From the NCBI RefSeq assembly GCF_009914755.1, contig NC_060928.1: a stretch of DNA of 64,000 bases; one strand, 5' to 3'. The notes beneath the pieces are model-generated. The model was not told the origin of the DNA. It saw nothing but the letters and a program-made list of their open reading frames with translations, and ran no database searches. This document shows positions 55,326 to 64,000 of this stretch, piece by piece; positions within the stretch are counted from its first letter, which is position 1, and each line of letters opens with the position of its first letter. Both the position numbers and the translations under genes were made by a program. The stretch comes from the human T2T-CHM13v2.0 reference genome, Homo sapiens.

Positions 55326-55871
55326 CTGGCCAAATTAGACAAATCCTGGCCTATTTTTTTTTTTTTTTTTCGTAATTGTTGGCAGTAGCATGTTTAATAT
55401 GAGAAAGTCTTCTTTGTTTATGTTCAAGGACAAGGAGAAAGAGAATTTGGGAGAGATGATTTGAGTAGGCCAGACTGGAAGCGGCAGTAGGAGATTACAG
55501 TACGGCTGCTTCCTTGCTGTGGGGGATTTATCTTTGTACTCTTTGCTTGGGAGAGATAGTTAATGAGTCTTAACATCGGCTCACGACACAGGTGATTTGC
55601 CAGAAAAGAGTCCTCAAGGGCGAATTAAGGAACAGCCCAGAACAACAGGATCCCAAGTTATTCTATCATGGTAACTTCTGTCTGTTCAAGACCACACAGC
55701 CTCATCTCTCAATAGCACTTTTTTCCCCAAAAGAAATGCTATTTTCAACATCTGACTTAATTTCACACTGAGTTCCTTTGTTTTTAATTTTTAATTTAAT
55801 TATTATAGGATGTGATTATTTTGTATTCAACGGGGCTTACTTTGCTTTGGATATTATTATACTTTATCTTA

Positions 55872-56483
<612 letters not shown>

Positions 56484-57590
56484 CTAGATACTCAGTGCTG
56501 GCTGTTCGTAGCCTAATATAGCAAAGTGCTGCTTTCAAAGCCATGTCACTTTGTTTCTCTCGTTTTTTTAAGCAGCTGAATATAATGTCTATTACGTGTG
56601 GGAGTCTCCTTTTTCTCTGAAGTAAATTATGTCTAAACAATTTATATTATGAATCATTGGGATGGGTGTTTCACTGTCTAGAACTCATATTTTCCTATGA
56701 CTTCCCTTTTGACTCATTATACTTAGTGAACTAAGTTTCTAGTAACAGTCCAGGAGGCAGGGGCCTGTTTCATGACTGACAGTGGTTTTGTGCTGCGAAG
56801 AGATCAAAAGGCTTGATTTTACATTGTCATACCTTATTTTTCCTGGACTTTGCTTATGCTCTGTTGATGGTGATAGCACAAGGATTCCTATAAGTTTGTA
56901 TATAATAATGTAGTTGTTTGTAGAATTTGGAGCTTAGAATAAGTATTTTTTTTCTTTAAAACAGAAAATTGTAATAGTTTCCCTTAAAGGGCTGTCCTCT
57001 CACACAGTTAAAATTAGCTGTCTTACTAGGTAAAACTATATTATTTTGTAATGATTAAACTAGTATGGCCATTCACCTCATGTCTCTCAACAGTTTCTTG
57101 TCAAATTTGGGAGAAAAAAAAAAGCGACCTTATAAGATTACTGCATTCCAAATGCTAGAGTGCATTATGCCTGGGACCAAATGGGACAGGATATATGCTC
57201 GCCTCTACTTGGCTGTGTAAAATTTGCTTGGAAAAGAGACATTCTGTCTTTTGAAAGAGAGCATGACTTTCCCTTGCATTGTGATCTATGAGCTGTAGCT
57301 AAGAGCACCCTCGGCAGTGCAGACCCTAAGGCAAACCTACCACATGTGTCTCTCCTTCTCCCAAGGATGTTTTCTACAGGCAAAACCCGAATAGTAGAGT
57401 GAGCATAAAGGCTGTCTTGAGAGAGAGAGAGGATCCAGAAATTTTTAAAGAATTGCTTAATTGACTTGTTTCATGCTCTTTCTATTCCCCCTCCCCCTCC
57501 CACACAGAATAGATAGTGCATCATCTCCTTTTATCTCTTATCTTGTTTCTGTGGGGTTTTTTTTTTTAACGTCATTCATGCTGTAAATCA

Positions 57591-60551
57591 CTTTTTTGTT
57601 TGTTTGTACTTTGCTTCTTTATTTTTAATTTTTCCATAAGTTATTGGAGCACAGGTGGTATTTGGTTATATGAGCAAGTTCTTTAGTGGTGATTGGTGAG
57701 ACACTGGTGCACTCATCACCCAAGCAGTATGCACTGCACCATATTTGTAGGCTTTTATCCCTCGCCCCCTCCCACTCTGCCCCCCAAGTCCCCAAAGTCC
57801 ATTGCATCATTCTTATGACTTTGTATTCTCAGAGCTTAGCTCCCACATATCAGTGAGAACCATACAATGGTTTGGTTTTCCATTTCTGAATTACTTCACT
57901 TAGAATAATAGTCTCTAATCTCATCCAGGTCACTGCAAATGCTGTTAATTCATTTCTTTTTATGGCTGCATAGTATTCCATCGTATACATATACCACAGT
58001 TTCTTTATCCACTTGTTGATTGATGGGCATTTGGGTTGGTTCCATGATTTTGCAATTATGAATTATGCTGCTGTAAGCATGAGTGTGCAAGTATCTTTTT
58101 CAAATAGTGACTTCTTTTCCTCTGAGTAGATATCCAGTAGTGGGATTGTTGGATCCAATGGTAGTTCTACTTTTAGTTCTTTAAGGAATCTCCACACTGT
58201 TTTCCACAGTGGCTGTACTAGTTTACATTCCCATCAGCAGTGTAGAAGTGTTCCCTGATCACTGCATCCACACCAACATCTACCGTTTTTTTTGTTTTTT
58301 GATTATGGCCATTCTTGCAGGAGTAAGGTGGTATGGCATGGTGGTTTTGATTTGCATTTCCCTGATCATTAGTGTTGTTGAGCATTTTTTCATGTTTGCT
58401 GGTCATTTGTATGTCTTCTTTTGAGAATTGTCTATTCATTTCCTTAGCCCACTTTTTGATGAGATTGTTTGTTTTTTTTTCTTACTGATTTGCTTGAGTT
58501 TGTTGTAGATTCTGGGTATTAGTCCTTTGTCAGATGTATAGATTGTGAAGATTTTCTCCCACTCTGTGGGTTGTCTGTTTACTCTGCTGACAGTTCCTTT
58601 TGCCTTGTGAAAGCGCTTTAGTTTAATTAAGTCTCAGCTATTTATCTTTGTTTATATTGCATTTGCTTTTGGGTTCTTGGTCATGAAATCCTTGCCTAAG
58701 CCAACGTCTAGAAGGATTTTTCCGATGTTTGCTTCTAGAATTGTTATAGTTTCAGGTCTTAGGTTTAAGTCCTTAATCCATTTTGAGTTGATTTTTGCAT
58801 AAGGGGGGAGATGAGGATCCAGTTTCATTCTCCTACATGTGGCTAGCCAATTATCCCAGCATCATTTGTTGAAAAGGGTGTCCTTTCCCCACTTTATGTT
58901 TTTGTTTGCTTTGTCAAAGATCAGTTGACTGTAAGTATTTGGGATTATTTCTGGGTTCTCTATTCTGTTCCATTGGTCTATGTGCCGGTTCCCTCCCTGA
59001 TTAGCTTAATAACTAACCTCCTGAATTCTTTTTCAGGTAAATCAGGGATTTCTTCTTGGTTTGGATCCAGTGCTGGTGAATCAGTGTGATTTTGGGGGGG
59101 TGTTGAAGAGCCTCATTTTGTCATATTACCAGGGTTGGTTTTCTGGTTCCTTCTCATTTGAGTAGGCTCTCTGAGAGAAGGTCTAGGGCTGAAGGCTGTC
59201 GTTCACATTCTTTCGTCCCCCAGGTTGTTCCCTTGATGTAGTACTCTCTTCCTTTTCCTATGGATGTGGCTTCCTGAGAGCCAAACTGCAGTGATCGTTG
59301 TCTCTCTTCTGGGTCTAGCCACCCAGTGGGTCTACCCGGCTCCGGGCTGGTACTGGGGTTTGTCTGCAACGTCCTGTGATGTGACCTATGGGTCTCTCAG
59401 CCATGGATACCAGCGCCTGTTCTGGTGGAGGTGGCAATGATGGGGGTGCAATGGACTCCGTGAGGGTTCTTAGCTTTGGTGGTTTAATGCTCTATTTTTG
59501 TGCTGTTTGGCCTCCTGCCGGGAGGGGGCGCTTTCCAGAGAGCATCAGCTGTGGTAGTGTGGCGAGGAACCGGCGGTGGGCGGGGCCCTAGAACTCCAAG
59601 ATGATATGCCCTTTGTCTTCTGCTACCAGGGTGGGTAGGGAAGGACCCTCAGGTGAGGGTGGGGTAGGCACCTCTGAGCTCAGGCTCTCCTTGGGCGGTC
59701 CTTGCTGCGGCTGCTGTGGGGGCTGGGGGTGAGATTCCCAGGTCACTGGAGTTATGTACCTGGGAGGATTATGTCTGCCTCTGCTGAGTCATGCAGGTTG
59801 TCAGGGAAGTGGGGGAAAGCCGGCAGTCACAGGGCTCACCCAGCTCCCACCCAAACCAAAGGGCCGGTCTCACTCCCACCGTGCACCCCCCAACAGCCCC
59901 CAGTCCGTTTCCAGGCGGAGAGGGATACAGGCCTGAAAACCTGCCCCAGGCTACCCGCCTCCCAGCTGCGAGAGAAAAAGGCTTGGTTCTTCCCCCGCCT
60001 GTGGAGTCAGCACCCCGGATTCGTGCCCTGCCCTAGTTCTGGCCAGGAGGATTCTCACCCAGTTCAAACTGTTACAACGCTCAGCTAGAGATTTCCTTCT
60101 CCCTGTGGAGTTTTACCCCCTCCTCTCCCGATGGATCCCTGTGGTGCCAGCAGGAATGGGCTGCTCGGGGACCCAGCGAGCTCCGCGGGCCTTTCCGCTG
60201 CTTCCTCTACCCCTGTACCTCACTGGGCTCCCCAGACGGACTCAGCTCCAGGTAAAGTTGGAAATTCTCCCGCAAGCAGACCTTCAGCTTCCCCAGTGGG
60301 GGTGTGTGTTTGGGAGAGGAGGGTCTCCCTCTCCCACTTCTGCAGTTGGGGCACTCACACTTTTGCGGGGGTCTCCCGGGTCCTGCAGGAGCAGCCCACT
60401 TCCTTCAGAGGGTCTGCGGGTCCTCTCGGGACTGCTGGTTTCTTCCTGCAGTCCATCTGGAGCTAAAAGTCACAATGCGAGCCCCGCACGCTGCCCTGTC
60501 GGGAGCTGCAATGTAGTCCTGCCTCCCGTCCGCCATGATGATCTGTTCTCC
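57591..60551 (-). mobile_element. L1PB/L1PBa element with both ends intact and most of ORF1-ORF2 deleted
   Basis: 5' start gatcatcatggcggacgggaggcaggactac; early ORF1 joined at ~58986 to late ORF2 (ggcacatagaccaatggaacag); L1PB 3'UTR; TSD tgctgtaaat(t)ca at 57579-57590 and 60552-60564. Confidence 0.9.
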
Positions 60552-62155
60552 TGCTGTAAATTCATTCCAGATCCAGATTCTTTCTCAGCGGCCCTTGGTG
60601 TGTGTCAGAAGCCATAATCGGTGTGTGCTACCCACCCCTACTATGCAGGGCAGCTTCATTTCCATGGGTTGCATTGATAATTATTGGCTTATTATTATAT
60701 TTTTCTATGTCACTTTACATTTCTTAGTGTTTCTTACATGCTTAGCATATTTCTACACATTTTTTTCTAATTCCCAAATGAGAAGAAAGCAAATACCAAC
60801 AGTATTTTCTTTCTTTGATCGTATATCCCTCTGTTCCTGTGTCAGGAAAATGTGAAGATTCAAAAGATAATTGAAAGATGATTTTAAAAAGTATTTAACA
60901 TTTATTTTAAAAGCACTAAAGTTTGTTAGCAAAAGGCTTCTGTTAAATGTTGGGAGAAAAGAAAGACTTTTGGAATTTCATGGAAATATTATTCATGTGT
61001 ATTTACCAATTGGTTATATGAGACATGAAGTTTTTTCCTAAGAGATAAATTCTGATCTTATACAAACCTGAGAATCTATAGGGTAAGAGGTGGAGAGGAG
61101 AGACGAACATCACATACACATCTAGCAATAATATAATAATATAAATTAGTAAAACATTCTTGAGTACAGTTAGCAATCTGTATTGAAAGCCTTAAAATAC
61201 AAATGTAAAGGTGGGCGATAGACACCTTCTCTTTAGTAATCAGAAAAATTAAGGCAAAGTTGCCATCAGTTGAGATACCCAGTAATTTTTTACTTGCATG
61301 TTCCTCCTGGCTTTGTATATAATTATTGCAAATATAGCTTATAGCCTAATTCCTTTCCTTTATGTTTTAAAACTCCTAGTGTTTCTTTCATGCTGCAGTG
61401 CCTTCCTTCAGTTCAACTAATGTTCACAGAAAATCTGTAGAATGAGCAGGTAAATCCTGGAACCTCAGAATGTCAGGAAGTAGAGCAGAGAAGGAGGGGT
61501 ACGGGCAGGTGCGCAGCTCGGCCTCTCTCAGTGCTCGGGTGTGTGGTACAGGTGAGTGAACACCTGGGCTTGCTTGTGCCCATAGACACATTAAATACCA
61601 GACAATTAAAGTAGGACAAAATCAACACTTTCCTGGAACACCGGGGGCAAGATCAATCCCAGGCAAACAGCTGCCTTCGTGGCTGCCCTTTTGATATTCT
61701 ACTTTCTCAAATTATTCTTACATTCTTTCATTTATTCATCAAATATGTTTTGCTCCCTACAACATGCCATGTACTTTGCTAAGATTAGGGTATATAGATA
61801 AATAAGCCATGACTGCTTCTAGCACAAGAATATGTATAAAGAAAGTTGTAGATCTATATAGAAGAATAGAAGCAAAGGGGCAGAGTGGCACAGTGACCAA
61901 GTGCGGACTTGCAGGTGAGTTAGAGTTTCAGAACTCCTTTGTGTCATTTATGTGACTTGGGTAACTTATTTAACTTCCATGAGCTTCAGTTTCATTATCG
62001 TAAAAGGGGATAAAATGCCTATGTTAGGAAGTTATAGTGGAAATGAAGTCAAAGGAAAGAGTGTGGTAAAACAGCGAGCATGTATTTGGGACACGATAGC
62101 AGCCAAAATATTGCTTAAGCATTACACATATGTAACGTATCTCCTGCTTACCTAG

Positions 62156-62457
<302 letters not shown>

Positions 62458-63171
62458 GCTGCTCACCCTGTTTGACGAAAAGTTTCAAGTGGCTCAGGTC
62501 CTGGGTGGTCGGCGGGGACAGATGGGGAGAGGTCTACCCTCATTCCTGGGCCACTACACAAGCTGTAAATGTTCTGTAAGCTCTGCCGCCTCACCTTTGG
62601 ACGAGTCATTCTTTCTCCGCAGTGTGCAGACACACCTGCAGGTTTTGGGGAGCAGAAAAATCTCATTCCACAAGTCTTAACACAAATCCTTTTCCCTGTC
62701 ACTTAGGCCAGCTTCTCAGAGTCTCTGTCTTAGCTTTGCAGCGGCTGCCATGCTCAGGAATGTGATCTCTAGAGTATCAGGTGTGAACAGATGTGGGAAA
62801 TATACCAAGAACACATAAATCAAAGTTGCATGATACAACCACAGAGGTGATAGAACAGAGGAGTCCCCAAATCCACCCCCATGAGGTCAAGAAAAATTTC
62901 TCAGAGAAAGCATCCTTTGAAATGGGCTATTGTAAGAAAATAAGGAATTGCATGGGTGGGACAGATATGGGAGGGTATTCCAGGCAGATGAAATAAATTA
63001 TGAAGTACTGAATCCCAAATTATATATTTGTGTATACCCCGTTTGTTCCCTGCTAGTGAGTGCAAATAAGGGCATTTTAATGCCCCATCACCATGGCTCT
63101 TACTAGCCAAACTGAAGGGCATTAGCCAGCCCTGTCTTCAAACATGCTCCATCCACTGTTCTCTATCCCAG

Positions 63172-63257
63172 AACCTGTAGGAAAATATCAGAGATGTTGA
63201 GAGAGAAGCCCACTCATGTTCTGGTGCTCCACTTTCCCCATGGAAAGCTGCTCACTG
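63172..63257 (+). other. Candidate spliced exon, probably lncRNA
   Basis: ctgttctctatcccag| acceptor and consensus CTG|GTAAGT donor 86 nt apart. Confidence 0.35.
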
Positions 63258-63289
63258 GTAAGTGGCGTGACCCATGAAGGTCAGTGTCA

Positions 63290-63361
63290 ATGCCAGGGGG
63301 AGACAGTATATCCTGCTGGATGGAGATGCCGGGGGGAGACAGTATCTCCTGCTGGATGGAG
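63290..63361 (+). repeat. 36-bp tandem duplication
   Basis: atgcc(a/g)gggggagacagtat(a/c)tcctgctggatggag x2. Confidence 0.95.
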
Positions 63362-63738
63362 GGCGTGCAGTTCCTCCATCACAGCTTGACACTCCCAAAA
63401 AATAGCGACAACTTTGTTCAAGTGCAAAAAGAACAATCGGATTTGTATTGGAGAAACTTTACTCTGGCTGCTGGATGGGGACCGGATTTAGGGAGAACCA
63501 TCAGGAGCCTGTCCTCATTATTCAGGTACAAAATGATCATGGCATGAGTTGGCAGTGGCAGTTGTGATGAAAGGAAGTGGATAAACTTAAGAGATATTTA
63601 GAAGGAGAATCAATAGCACTTCGTGATCACCTGGAGACCCCGAGCAACAACAGGGCAAAGTCATGAGTAATTTAGCAGATTCTGGATTGGAAATGGGATG
63701 CAGAGTGCTGCTGGGCCCTCCGTGAGGCTGGGAGAGCT

Positions 63739-63740
<2 letters not shown>

Positions 63741-63780
<40 letters not shown>
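63741..63780. repeat. (GT)n microsatellite
   Basis: About 20 GT units. Confidence 0.95.
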
Positions 63781-63785
<5 letters not shown>

Positions 63786-63907
63786 TGGGTAAGTATTTGG
63801 GACAGGGAAGCTGGGACAATAACAAGGTTGAAACTCAACTTAGAGTTGGAGGTGCCTGTGGGATATTCAAGCAGAGGGTTTCCACCAAATGTCACAAGCT
63901 TGTCCTA

Positions 63908-64000
63908 TTTCTTTTCTTTTTTTTTTTTATACTTGAAGTTTTAGGGTACATGTGCTGAACGTGCAGGTTTGTTACATATGTGTACATGTGCCACGTTGGT
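63908..64000 (-). mobile_element. Young L1PA (PA2-4-like) 3' end, continuing beyond the window
   Basis: Poly(T) then tatacttgaagttttagggtacatgtg...aacgtgcaggtttgttacatatg. Confidence 0.9.

Noticed and set aside
59388-60855. Cluster of 100-170 aa + strand ORFs as an ORF0-like product
   Set aside because: They lie in a GC-rich L1PB 5'UTR, and I see no resemblance to primate L1PA ORF0.

Overview
Gene-poor, repeat-dense great-ape (probably human) genomic DNA; an SVA_D-like element points to a hominine genome. No protein-coding gene can be supported: the longer ORFs fall in L1, Alu, SVA, LTR, L2 or CpG-island sequence. Contents: (1) a CpG-island promoter at ~1060-1650 with NRF1/ETS/E-box motifs, splice donors on both strands and a tRNA-like A-box/double-B-box Pol III cassette; (2) many old L1 copies, several internally rearranged; (3) 12 Alus, including an AluYd and a close inverted pair; (4) LTR/ERV relics (MLT1, MLT1A/MST, LTR16/ERV3-16A3, LTR8, MER4, MER41), MER44 and MER58 DNA transposons, L2 and MIR; (5) an SVA whose target-site duplication encloses a serial 3' transduction with three poly(A) tracts (~870 bp, including a passenger AluJ); (6) candidate spliced lncRNA exons. 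Repeat subfamily names come from remembered consensus sequences and need RepeatMasker/Dfam confirmation.
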